Below are positions 9,601 through 16,887 of a stretch of 52,470 nucleotides of DNA, one piece after another (the first letter of the stretch is position 1; every line of letters begins with the position of its first letter). This stretch comes from an uncultured Candidatus Saccharibacteria bacterium (lineage in GTDB: Bacteria > Patescibacteriota > Minisyncoccia > Phycocordibacterales > WO2-35-19), in assembly GCA_964601125.1 (NCBI GenBank), contig CAZRKB010000002.1, forward strand, positions 1-52,470. The letters are read 5' to 3'. Made by a program: the position numbers and the translations under genes. The notes under the pieces are model-generated. The model saw nothing but the letters and a program-made list of their open reading frames with translations. It was not told the DNA's origin and ran no database searches.

Positions 9601-11324
9601 GTGCTTATCCAGACGCGGCAAATGATGGTAACTATGTCTCTGTAAGCAAAACCAGCAGTCTCTCCAACTTGACGAGCGGAACCGTTTCAGTTTGGGCACG
9701 CTATGCCAACATATCTCCAGACAGAGTAGAATTTATTTTAGACAGCTACCAAAAGACTGGAGAAAATCCTGACCATAGCGATATTGGCACTCCTGGTACT
9801 TGGTATATCGGCAGAAATTATTATCAAAACAACAGCTTGTGGGCTTTCAACAATTCAGGTAGCCGCGTCCAACTCATCTCTTTTCCGGACTCTTCGGTAT
9901 ATACCCAACAACAGTCAGGCACTGCCGGCTGGCATCAGTATGCCTTTACGTGGGACGGCACCAACGTAAAAGGATACTATGATGGCGCTTTAATTAGTAC
10001 AACTCCGCAAACAAATTTCTCGTATTTCACTCTAGGAAATTATCTGGCCCTTGGCGCAAGTGGTCACAACTCGCTACCAGAAACCGGTACTCAAAAATAT
10101 CCAAATCATGGATTTATAAATGGTTATCTAGACGAAATCCGTATTTACAATCGAGCTCTTTCGTCAGCTGAAATTTCTTCCCTATACTCTGCTCCAGCAA
10201 ATAATACTGCGCCAACAACTCAACCGATTACTCCTGAACCAACTCTGCCTGTAATCTCCAACCTCGTCGGCTCTAACACCACATCTAACTCAACCAAAAT
10301 TTCTTGGGATACTAATATTGCAACAAACGGCCAGGTCTTTTACGGCAAAACTTCAAGTTACGGACTCTCTTCTGTTTTAGTAGACAATTCGCCCAAGACA
10401 ACTTCACATTCTGTCACTCTCTCCAATCTTTCTGCGGCAACAGCATATCATTTCAAAGTCACTTCTATCGATGCTTCAAGCAATAGCATTTCTTCATCAG
10501 ATTTTACTTTCACTACTCAAGCCAGTGCTCCACAATCCGTATCATCAAATACTACCGCTTCTGGCGCTGGGAGTAGTGGCTCTTCTTCAAATTCAATAAC
10601 CACCCCTACCGCTACCACCCCTGCTCCAATTGTCTACATTCCTCCTGCACTTCCAGCCGCTGTTTCCACACAAATCTCCGGACCAACTCTTACCCGCAAC
10701 CTCCTGCCTTCAAATAAAGGCGAAGAAGTCAAAATCCTACAGAATTTCTTAATTTCTCAAGGACTACTCTCAGCTGATTCTAACACCGGATACTTTGGTC
10801 CAGCTACCCAAAAAGCGGTGCAAGATTTCCAAAAAGCTCGAGGTTTAGTCTCTTCAGGAGATTTTTGGACAACCGGTTATGGAATGGTTGGTCCAGCTAC
10901 CAGAGCAATGATCAACAGTATAACTGGATCTGCAACCGTTAATACTTCAACAACCAATACGACTGCAACTGTTCCCCTCGTTCGCAATCTTTCCCGTGGT
11001 TCCGAAGGATCCGATGTAACTATTTTGCAAAATTTCTTGATCTCACAGGGTTACTTAGCTCCAGGCAATGCTATCGGTTATTTCGGCCCTTTAACCGAAA
11101 CGGCAATCAAAAAATTCCAAGCTAGCCAGAACATTGTTTCCGCAGGTACTCCTCAAACCACTGGCTACGGAAATGTTGGGTCAATGACTAGAGCTAAAAT
11201 CAATGCTTTTCTTGGTGCAAACAATCTCCCAATCGGGACAAGTAATACTACTCTTCAAGCTCAAATACAGGCTTTACAGCAGCAAGTGCAAGAACTGATG
11301 CTTAAGTTGCAGAAAGCGCAATAA
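6690..11324 (+). CDS. Giant surface protein (1544 aa). Contents: two LamG/concanavalin-like domains, a right-handed beta-helix, Ig-like and FN3 domains, two PG-binding domains and a terminal coiled coil.
   Basis: GLVGYWNFDEGSG...IDEIRIYNRTLSASEV and LDEIRIYNRALSSAEI (Laminin_G_3 signatures). PbH1-like repeats NNTIRD/RGNTMT/EQNRMT/RHNIFL. Two EGxxVxxLQNFLISQG..GYFGP motifs. Confidence 0.85.
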   Translation: MEILQQILSTLTALVMALSAQIVSLPPITQLAQVSAPSSGLVGYWNFDEGSGTVANDSSGNGNTGTINGATWTTGKVGSGALSFDGTSSYVSLGSSASLSGITYPYSISLWFKSSTNQSKILFSFDTNDASSDQAILLANSSGGNNQWIIAGNKYANVYPTINNLSDGQWHNVVVERDSSNNALIYVDGNNFSTNNTSAYSVSNMVIGGRGAGTYPFNGSIDEIRIYNRTLSASEVSNIYNEGGSSVMPPAPEPEPTPAPTPTPTPINGSCGSSVNTCTTGTLSDTADTSTNYLWICQGSNGGTNVSCSLPISITPPPSNGTYTVKKDGTGNFTTIQACADAVTAGGTCLVYAGTYNERVSTKSGGTSDSNRIFFKTQGTVTMQGFDIKNPYITIEGFDMTGYSVNYTGYVDVWQNGDYVNVLNNTIRDVDGGAKVNGVKFERVSGDSANNGIVRGNTMTHLNSQYFSLHGSNHLIEQNRMTEARQWDPFMVFGTNHIIRHNIFLNAGTAGGGNHPDYFQTWGASGEPAQNILFEDNWMQDLPEQLCQLNSSVDGVGALVTNVRDFTFRRNVVVNVPANCNVDIPGTRWENNTFSRMSYNMTGFIMGGSLTRGDGSSAVFRNNVFLEGGSNPTASNSSSGFYSVDGFLFTREVIAQYVTGEGFASCASPGCPIANGITNDMIASGYIDGAYNGHILPAARALTSGDAMNLNASYAAYKPALWTKLQESITYDNTLKSTFSADYNYVAGATSSGYPAKKSSGCVAGATYTSGNFCEPHGINGGDPKLQNVSNPIGPDGIPFTSDDGLRPLSGSPLCGTGEGGASIGAYSCSSSSLGAPTISNFYATPSSITSGNSTILSWSVSGASSISIDNNVGSVTNLTSKTVSPNVTTTYTITATNSAGSVTRSITVSVSSASISDLVLRLNFEGYTPSSGIVSDKSGTGNDGACNYSLGQCPVIGTGPDNSTAARFFGAYPDAANDGNYVSVSKTSSLSNLTSGTVSVWARYANISPDRVEFILDSYQKTGENPDHSDIGTPGTWYIGRNYYQNNSLWAFNNSGSRVQLISFPDSSVYTQQQSGTAGWHQYAFTWDGTNVKGYYDGALISTTPQTNFSYFTLGNYLALGASGHNSLPETGTQKYPNHGFINGYLDEIRIYNRALSSAEISSLYSAPANNTAPTTQPITPEPTLPVISNLVGSNTTSNSTKISWDTNIATNGQVFYGKTSSYGLSSVLVDNSPKTTSHSVTLSNLSAATAYHFKVTSIDASSNSISSSDFTFTTQASAPQSVSSNTTASGAGSSGSSSNSITTPTATTPAPIVYIPPALPAAVSTQISGPTLTRNLLPSNKGEEVKILQNFLISQGLLSADSNTGYFGPATQKAVQDFQKARGLVSSGDFWTTGYGMVGPATRAMINSITGSATVNTSTTNTTATVPLVRNLSRGSEGSDVTILQNFLISQGYLAPGNAIGYFGPLTETAIKKFQASQNIVSAGTPQTTGYGNVGSMTRAKINAFLGANNLPIGTSNTTLQAQIQALQQQVQELMLKLQKAQ

Positions 11325-11342
11325 CAAGCAGCATCTAAAAAT

Positions 11343-12059
11343 ATGCCAGACGAAAATACACAACCCGCTCCTGAACCAGTCCAAACCGAATCAACCCCGA
11401 CACAACCGGAAACTCCAATTTCCGAACCGAACCCCGTAAAGCTCGATTCTCTCGCCACGGGGCAAGACCCTGCTTCAGTGAGCTCGCAAGGGCCCATGGA
11501 ACCTGCCCCTGTTCAGCCAGCACCCTCTGACACTTCCGAAATGCCCCCTGGTCCAGTAGAAGCCCCATCAAGCCCCGAAGAAGCCACTCCAGTCAAAGAT
11601 GCTAATTCCGCAAATGAGCCGTTCCCCGTAAAAGACGAGGTGCCCTCGTCTCACGGGGCAAGCGAACCAGCTCCTGCCCCTGAGCCGTTAGAAAAGCCTG
11701 GGATTACGATTGAAAGACACGGAACAGACACGACAATAACAGAAGATATGCAGCCAAAATCCGAAACGGCTCAGTTGCCACCAAATGAGCCGATCGATCT
11801 AGCGGAAGAAATAAAGACAAAACAAAGAGAAGAAAATCTAAAACTTGCCAACGAAACCAGACAAGAAAAGAAACGAGAGAAGATAGATAAAATTTTGGAA
11901 ATGTTTTCTGAGCAAACAGAAATTACAAACGACGAAGTAGAAAAACTCCTTCATGTCTCTGACGCAACCGCGACAAGATATTTGGAACAGCTAGAAAAAG
12001 AAAACAAAATCAGACAAGTTGGTAAAACTGGTAAAGGCGTAAAATACGAAAGAATCTAA
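11343..12059 (+). CDS. Protein with a Pro/Glu/Ser-rich disordered N-terminus and a C-terminal winged helix-turn-helix.
   Basis: C-terminus ITNDEVEKLLHVSDATATRYLEQLEKENKIRQVGKTGKGVKYERI resembles a DeoR/MarR-type wHTH. Confidence 0.65.
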   Translation: MPDENTQPAPEPVQTESTPTQPETPISEPNPVKLDSLATGQDPASVSSQGPMEPAPVQPAPSDTSEMPPGPVEAPSSPEEATPVKDANSANEPFPVKDEVPSSHGASEPAPAPEPLEKPGITIERHGTDTTITEDMQPKSETAQLPPNEPIDLAEEIKTKQREENLKLANETRQEKKREKIDKILEMFSEQTEITNDEVEKLLHVSDATATRYLEQLEKENKIRQVGKTGKGVKYERI

Positions 12060-12089
12060 TTTTGAATTTGATTTTTTGTTTTTCTTTTT

Positions 12090-12560
12090 TGGGAGCTCTC
12101 CGTACACGCGAATGGGTCGGGTGGGTCAAGTGTACATGTCTGAGTCCTCGGGCATTTCCGCTATGGCAGGATCGGATATGAGCGCCGTCGCCAGCCGAAG
12201 CGATGCGGGAAAAAAGCGAAAGCGACACTGTGAACACAAGAATGAAATGGAGGAGTGGGGTTGTGCGAGGGTGGACTCCGAAGGCACAAACAATGTGTCG
12301 CAAAACTCTACAAAAAGATGAATAAAACAAAGCACTACAAAATCTAAACCATCTCTGCGAGGAGGAGCCCGAAGCTGGGGAGAGGAACCTTCCTCTCCCC
12401 AAAAGGAGCGGTGCCCGAGCCAGCGCCGAGCACGGCGCGGTGGCGAGGAAAAGCACCGCACGAAGCAATCTAGGCGCGAGTAGCCATAGCGGAAATGCCC
12501 GAGGACGGATGTCCGAGGGTGGAGCTTCCAGCCTGCCAAAAATATGAGTATGCCAGAGGC
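12090..12560. ncRNA. Candidate large structured RNA of unknown class. The region is GC-rich and non-coding-looking, and lies inside the element next to IR-B copy 2.
   Basis: 24-bp long-range helix 12144-12167 / 12483-12506. Hairpins 12377-12400 (10 bp) and 12419-12444 (10 bp with a 2-nt bulge), enclosed by 12408-12414 / 12453-12459. Helix 12102-12107 / 12130-12135. A hand count of 12401-12460 gives 42/60 G+C. Only Arg/Ser/Pro-rich, mutually overlapping ORFs are present. Confidence 0.4.
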
Positions 12561-12657
12561 ACCATTTCTTTTTTCTTCTGTCTTTTCCCAAACGGCTCAT
12601 TTCCTGCCATTTGAGCCGTTTGGAATTCCGCTTGCTTCTTCCTTAGAAGAATCCTGC

Positions 12658-12892
12658 CCCTCGCTTCCATCCGCCTCCTCATCCATTTCATAACACCCCG
12701 CCAAAAAGAAAGAGAGGAATTCGGGCGGACGGAAGCGAGGGGCAGAGCGAGCGGAGCGAGCTAAGCGGAATTCTTCTTTCAGAGTTAGCACTTTGCGTCG
12801 AGCGTACGCAAGAATACAAAGCCACCACGCGCGCGGAGCGTGCGCTAGATTTCAGTGGAAAAATAGGTTCGAGCGGAGTACAATAGAGACTC
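12658..12892. repeat. IR-B copy 2 (inverted). It ends 14 nt upstream of tRNA-Thr(CGT).
   Basis: Reverse complement is identical to 1896-2130. Confidence 0.95.
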
Positions 12893-12906
12893 AAGAAAGA
12901 AATTGT

Positions 12907-12979
12907 GCCGATGTAGCTCAATTGGTAGAGCAATGGTATCGTAAACCATAGGTTGTCGGTTCAATCCCGACCATCGGCT
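12907..12979 (+). tRNA. tRNA-Thr (anticodon CGT).
   Basis: Cloverleaf by hand: acceptor gccgatg/catcggc, D arm gctc-aattggta-gagc, anticodon stem atggt/accat with loop atCGTaa, T arm gtcgg-ttcaatc-ccgac, discriminator t. Confidence 0.9.
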
Positions 12980-12980
12980 C

Positions 12981-13886
12981 ATGAATAAAAAGAGAACAGA
13001 GAATAAAATAAAAAAAGTGATTATACCTGTGGCGGGCTTGGGCACCAGGTTTTTGCCTGCGACTAAAGCTCAGCCCAAAGAAATGTTGCCAATCATCGAT
13101 AAACCGGTGATCCAATTTCTAGTGGAAGAAGCGGCTGCGGCAGGGTTTACTGATGTTATTTTTGTGACCGGTCGAGGCAAGAGAGCGATCGAAGATCATT
13201 TTGACTTTGCACCTGAGATCGAGAGCGCCCTTCTTTCAAACAACAAATCAGAAACTTTCGAAAAAGTGCGGGCTATATCAAAACTTGCCAGATTTTCTTA
13301 TGTTAGGCAAAACGAGCCCAAGGGTGATGGAGATGCAATACTTTGTGCTAGACATTTGGTGGCTAAAGATGAGGCTGTGGGTGTTTTGTTTGGAGATGAT
13401 ATTGTGGAGGGAAGCATTTCTCCTCTAGAGCAAATAGCGAGTGTTTTTCGTAAGGTTAATGCTCCTGTTATCGCTCTAGATCGAGTATCAAAAGAAGAGG
13501 TTTCTAAATTTGGAGTAGTGAAAGTAAAAAAGGTTGGGGAAAATTTGTACGAAATAGTAGATTTAGTTGAAAAACCAAATGTCCAAGATGCACCTTCGGA
13601 TATTGTTGTGGCCGGCAAGTACATACTTACCCCCGAAGTTTTTGACGAGCTTGAAAATTTAAAGGAAAAATCTAGAGGTGGCGAGCTTAGGCTTTCAGAA
13701 GCTCTCAAAAATATTCTAAAAGAAAAGAAAATTTATGGCACTCTGATAGACGGGGTCAGGTATGATTGTGGTAGCAAACTAGGATTTCTCAAAGCTACAG
13801 TGGACTTTGCTCTCAAGCACGATGAAGTCAAAGAAGACTTTAAACAATACCTGTTAGACGTGGCAAAAAAAATAAATGGAGAATAA
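12981..13886 (+). CDS. galU: UTP--glucose-1-phosphate uridylyltransferase.
   Basis: VIIPVAGLGTRFLPATKAQPKEMLPIIDKPVIQ and VEKP motifs typical of GalU. The ATG lies 1 nt after the tRNA 3' end. Confidence 0.85.
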   Translation: MNKKRTENKIKKVIIPVAGLGTRFLPATKAQPKEMLPIIDKPVIQFLVEEAAAAGFTDVIFVTGRGKRAIEDHFDFAPEIESALLSNNKSETFEKVRAISKLARFSYVRQNEPKGDGDAILCARHLVAKDEAVGVLFGDDIVEGSISPLEQIASVFRKVNAPVIALDRVSKEEVSKFGVVKVKKVGENLYEIVDLVEKPNVQDAPSDIVVAGKYILTPEVFDELENLKEKSRGGELRLSEALKNILKEKKIYGTLIDGVRYDCGSKLGFLKATVDFALKHDEVKEDFKQYLLDVAKKINGE

Positions 13887-14763
13887 AGAAAATGTAAAAC
13901 AAAAATTGGCCGAACTTGAGGCGGAGATGATGGCGGCTGATTTTTGGAGTGATAAAGAGAGGGCGCAAGCGACTATCAAGGAAATCCAGAAGCTTAAAGA
14001 TGAGCTCGAAGGTTTTGGAAAATATGATCGTGGGAGCGCGGTCATGACTATTTTCTCTGGCGCCGGAGGGGATGATAGCGAAGATTTTAGCGCTATGCTT
14101 TTGAAAATGTACTTTAAGTTTTTTGAAAAGAGGGGTTTTGGTTTTAGTATTTTGCATGAAAATCAAAATGATCATGGTGGGTTTAGGAATGTGACAGTGG
14201 AGGTGGTGGGCAAAAATGCTTATGGAACACTCAAAAATGAATCGGGTGTACATCGACTGGTGCGGGTCTCACCTTTCAATGCCAATGCCAAAAGGCACAC
14301 CAGCTTTTCCATGGTAGAAGTGATCCCGAAGTTTGAAAAACAGAACGAAGCGGATATCGAGCTGGATGAAAAGGATTTAAAATTTGAATTTTCACGTTCC
14401 TCCGGGCCTGGTGGGCAAAATGTAAATAAAAGGGAGACAGCGGTAAGAATCGTTCATTTGCCGACCAATCTTTCGGCTCAGTCGGATAGCGAGCGAACTC
14501 AAGAAGCTAACAAAGAAAAAGCACTCTCTATTTTGCGGGGCAAAATTTTTAAAGCGCTCGAAGAAGAAAGGGTGTCCAAAGAAAAGGGGATGTATATAAG
14601 TAAAACGACCGAAGTAGCTTGGGGCAACCAAATCCGCTCTTACGTCTTGCACCCATACAAAATGGTCAAAGATCATCGCACCAACGTCGAAACCTCTGAT
14701 GTTGAAGCCGTGCTCGAAGAGGGCGAAATCGAAAAATTCGTTGAAGCGGAGAGATTGTTGTGA
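13876..14763 (+). CDS. prfB: Peptide chain release factor 2. Short N-terminal domain and no programmed frameshift.
   Basis: SPF tripeptide (RVSPFNA), GGQ motif (SSGPGGQNVNK), and WGNQIRSYVLHPY. Confidence 0.85.
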   Translation: MENKENVKQKLAELEAEMMAADFWSDKERAQATIKEIQKLKDELEGFGKYDRGSAVMTIFSGAGGDDSEDFSAMLLKMYFKFFEKRGFGFSILHENQNDHGGFRNVTVEVVGKNAYGTLKNESGVHRLVRVSPFNANAKRHTSFSMVEVIPKFEKQNEADIELDEKDLKFEFSRSSGPGGQNVNKRETAVRIVHLPTNLSAQSDSERTQEANKEKALSILRGKIFKALEEERVSKEKGMYISKTTEVAWGNQIRSYVLHPYKMVKDHRTNVETSDVEAVLEEGEIEKFVEAERLL

Positions 14764-14788
14764 TAGTGTTGAAATTAGAGGTAAAACT

Positions 14789-15070
14789 GTGAACATAAAG
14801 ACTATTCTAGAGGCCATTCTAGGGGTCCTCCTTTGGGTGCTTAGGGCGGTGTTGTCAATGTTTGGTGGTCTGTCAACTGGTCTCATTATCAAAGTGGGAC
14901 CATCTCTAAACATTGGTCATCCGGTGACAGTTGCGGCCAAAAGTGAAATATTACTTTTTGCCCTGGTCGGCTCTCTCGTACCGTTGATCAGATTACTGCG
15001 TCACAATGACCTATGGTGTGCAACTTTCTATCTTGTGGGGATTGTCGTTGCCCTTCTTTTTTTTGGGTAG
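14789..15070 (+). CDS. Hypothetical small membrane protein.
   Basis: ORF 14699..15070 overlaps prfB. An in-frame GTG at 14789 is preceded by agagg. Three hydrophobic segments. Confidence 0.4.
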   Translation: MNIKTILEAILGVLLWVLRAVLSMFGGLSTGLIIKVGPSLNIGHPVTVAAKSEILLFALVGSLVPLIRLLRHNDLWCATFYLVGIVVALLFFG

Positions 15071-15157
15071 GATGGTGGTTTGATGGCTCGCGATTCTTAG
15101 CACTCGCGAGCTGTTTTTTAATTATTGCAATCTTTGAAAAACTGCTATAATACTTTC

Positions 15158-15841
15158 ATGTCGATTGTCTTTGATAATGTTTCTAAAAAATATGGCGACG
15201 ATTATGTGGCTTTAGACCAGGTTTCTTTCCAGGTTACACCCAATGAATTTATATCAATAGTAGGTCCTTCGGGTGCAGGCAAGACCACCCTACTTAAGAT
15301 GCTTTTGGCTGAAGATAGGCCAACTGGAGGCAGAGTGATATTCCAAGATGCAGATATCCACACCCTCTCTGGAGAAGAGATAAATTTGCTTCGCAGGAAG
15401 ATAGGCACAGTTTTTCAAGATTTTAGGCTTTTGCCGCAGAAAAATGTTTATGAAAACATTGCTTTTGCTATGGAAGCCGCTGGCAGGCCGGATGAGGAAA
15501 TAGAGTCAGATGTGCCACATGTACTCGATTTGGTGGATTTGGGGCATAAAATTTGGAATTTTCCGCACGAGCTTTCGGGTGGCGAAAAGCAGAGAGTGGC
15601 TATCGCCCGCGCCATAGTTAATCAACCTGATATAATAATAGCCGATGAACCTACAGGAAACTTAGATCCAGCCAACACTTACGATATTGTGCAGATTTTT
15701 AAAAAAATAAACGATCTCGGAACGACAGTCATACTTACTACGCACAATAAAGGGGTGATCGACTCTATAGGCAGAAGGGTTATAACCATGCAAGACGGTA
15801 AAATAGTCCGCGATGACCCTAGAGGGGGGTATATTTTATAA
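15158..15841 (+). CDS. ftsE: Cell division ATP-binding protein FtsE.
   Basis: Walker A GPSGAGKTT, ABC signature LSGGEKQRV, Walker B IIIADEPTGNLD. Followed by ftsX. The first ATG is at 15158, and a tataat box (15144-15149) lies 8 nt upstream. Confidence 0.85.
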   Translation: MSIVFDNVSKKYGDDYVALDQVSFQVTPNEFISIVGPSGAGKTTLLKMLLAEDRPTGGRVIFQDADIHTLSGEEINLLRRKIGTVFQDFRLLPQKNVYENIAFAMEAAGRPDEEIESDVPHVLDLVDLGHKIWNFPHELSGGEKQRVAIARAIVNQPDIIIADEPTGNLDPANTYDIVQIFKKINDLGTTVILTTHNKGVIDSIGRRVITMQDGKIVRDDPRGGYIL

Positions 15842-15860
15842 AATTTCAAATCTAAAAAAT

Positions 15861-16799
15861 ATGGAAAGTTCATCTTTTAAGACAAAACTGAAGAGGGTGG
15901 CCAAGGCTGGCTTGTTTAACTTTTGGCGTAGTGGCTATGTTTCTTTGGCTTCCATACTGGTTATGGTGGTAACCCTCTGTACCATAGGCTCCGTGATTTT
16001 TGTGGGGGCTATTTTGAATACGACGATGGAAGAACTTCGTAATAAGGTAGATGTAAACGTTTATTTTGTAACGAGCGCAGCTGAGACAGATATCCTTTCT
16101 CTAAAAACTAGGATTGAGGCTTTACCTGAAGTGGAGAAGGTTGAATATGTAAGCAGGGAGCAAGCACTGGAAAATTTTAGGATCCGACATGAAAATGATC
16201 AGATTACTCTCCAAGCTCTCGAGGAGCTCGGGGACAATCCGCTCGGCGCGGCCTTAAACATAAAAGCCCTAGAACCTTCCCAATATGAGGGCATCGCTAA
16301 CTTTTTGAATGAAGAAAATATTTTAGACAACGCAGGGGAGAGGATAATTGAAAAAATAAACTATTTTGAAAATCGTACAACCATAGACAGACTCTCGAGG
16401 ATAATAGGCGCTATTGATCGTATGGGTACCATACTGTCTCTTTTCTTGGTTTTTGTCTCCATTGTCATCACCTTTAATACCATAAGGCTTGCCATATACA
16501 TATCACGCGAAGAGATAAGTGTGATGCAGCTTGTCGGTGCTTCTAAAAATTATGTGCGAGGACCGTTTGTCGTCACGGGTATCTTGGTTGGTCTGCTGTC
16601 CGGTGTCATTACCATAGCTCTATTTTTCCCTGCAATGTATTTCCTTAGTGGTATTACAGAAAACTTTTTTATCGGTCTAAATGTTTTTGACTATTTCAAA
16701 TCAAACATTTTTGAGATCTCCTACATTATTATTGGTTCTGGTGTTGGTATCGGCGCTCTTTCGAGTTTTCTTGCTGTGCGCAGGTATCTTAAGTTGTGA
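15861..16799 (+). CDS. ftsX: Cell division permease FtsX.
   Basis: N-terminal TM, periplasmic domain and C-terminal 3 TM. Adjacent to ftsE. The ATG at 15861 is in frame with ORF 15813..16799. Confidence 0.8.
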   Translation: MESSSFKTKLKRVAKAGLFNFWRSGYVSLASILVMVVTLCTIGSVIFVGAILNTTMEELRNKVDVNVYFVTSAAETDILSLKTRIEALPEVEKVEYVSREQALENFRIRHENDQITLQALEELGDNPLGAALNIKALEPSQYEGIANFLNEENILDNAGERIIEKINYFENRTTIDRLSRIIGAIDRMGTILSLFLVFVSIVITFNTIRLAIYISREEISVMQLVGASKNYVRGPFVVTGILVGLLSGVITIALFFPAMYFLSGITENFFIGLNVFDYFKSNIFEISYIIIGSGVGIGALSSFLAVRRYLKL

Positions 16800-16887
16800 T
16801 ATTTCGAGTTGTAATAGTTTTCCACATTGACTAAGTCTCTTATTTAGGTCATCCTGTAAAAACAGAAGCACAAGAAAGGAGCTTTAT

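Larger units (their letters stand above)
60..12892. mobile_element. Putative integrated serine-recombinase element between tRNA-Thr(GGT) and tRNA-Thr(CGT).
   Basis: The recombinase lies at the left end. The left boundary falls in the 3' end of a tRNA, which the element sequence regenerates. Junctions at 60-62, 1896-1898 and 12890-12892 share a CTC/GAG core. See findings. Confidence 0.5.

Noticed and set aside
2632-11324. Diversity-generating retroelement targeting the giant surface proteins.
   Set aside because: No reverse transcriptase ORF is present. No template/variable repeat pair with adenine-specific mismatches was seen. The only long intragenic DNA repeat (47412/48162) is perfect.
12090-12560. 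Identity of the GC-rich region as RNase P RNA, tmRNA, SRP RNA or a group II intron.
   Set aside because: On neither strand could I find the RNase P P4 signatures (GGAAAGUCC / ACAGAA..GGCUUA), a tRNA-like 3' end with GGUUCGAAUCC...CCA for tmRNA, the SRP GGAA/AGCAGC helix-8 motif, or a GUGYG 5' end with a GNRA-capped domain V. The 12419-12444 hairpin has a bulge but an AGCA loop and no AGC triad in the right place. The region is left unclassified.
12010-12933. ORFs 12010..12600(-), 12126..12539(-), 12076..12321(+), 12470..12691(-), 12597..12791(-) and 12688..12933(-) as protein genes.
   Set aside because: They overlap one another in a GC-rich region. Their translations are Arg/Ser/Pro-rich. 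They share peptides such as SSGISAMA only because of the 24-bp inverted repeat. Some run through IR-B. All of this fits non-coding structured DNA/RNA better.
13800-13900. Programmed +1 frameshift site expected at the start of prfB.
   Set aside because: There is no CUU UGA C-type site and no upstream short frame. The region is occupied by the 3' end of galU. The RF2 ORF is a single frame with a short N-terminal domain.
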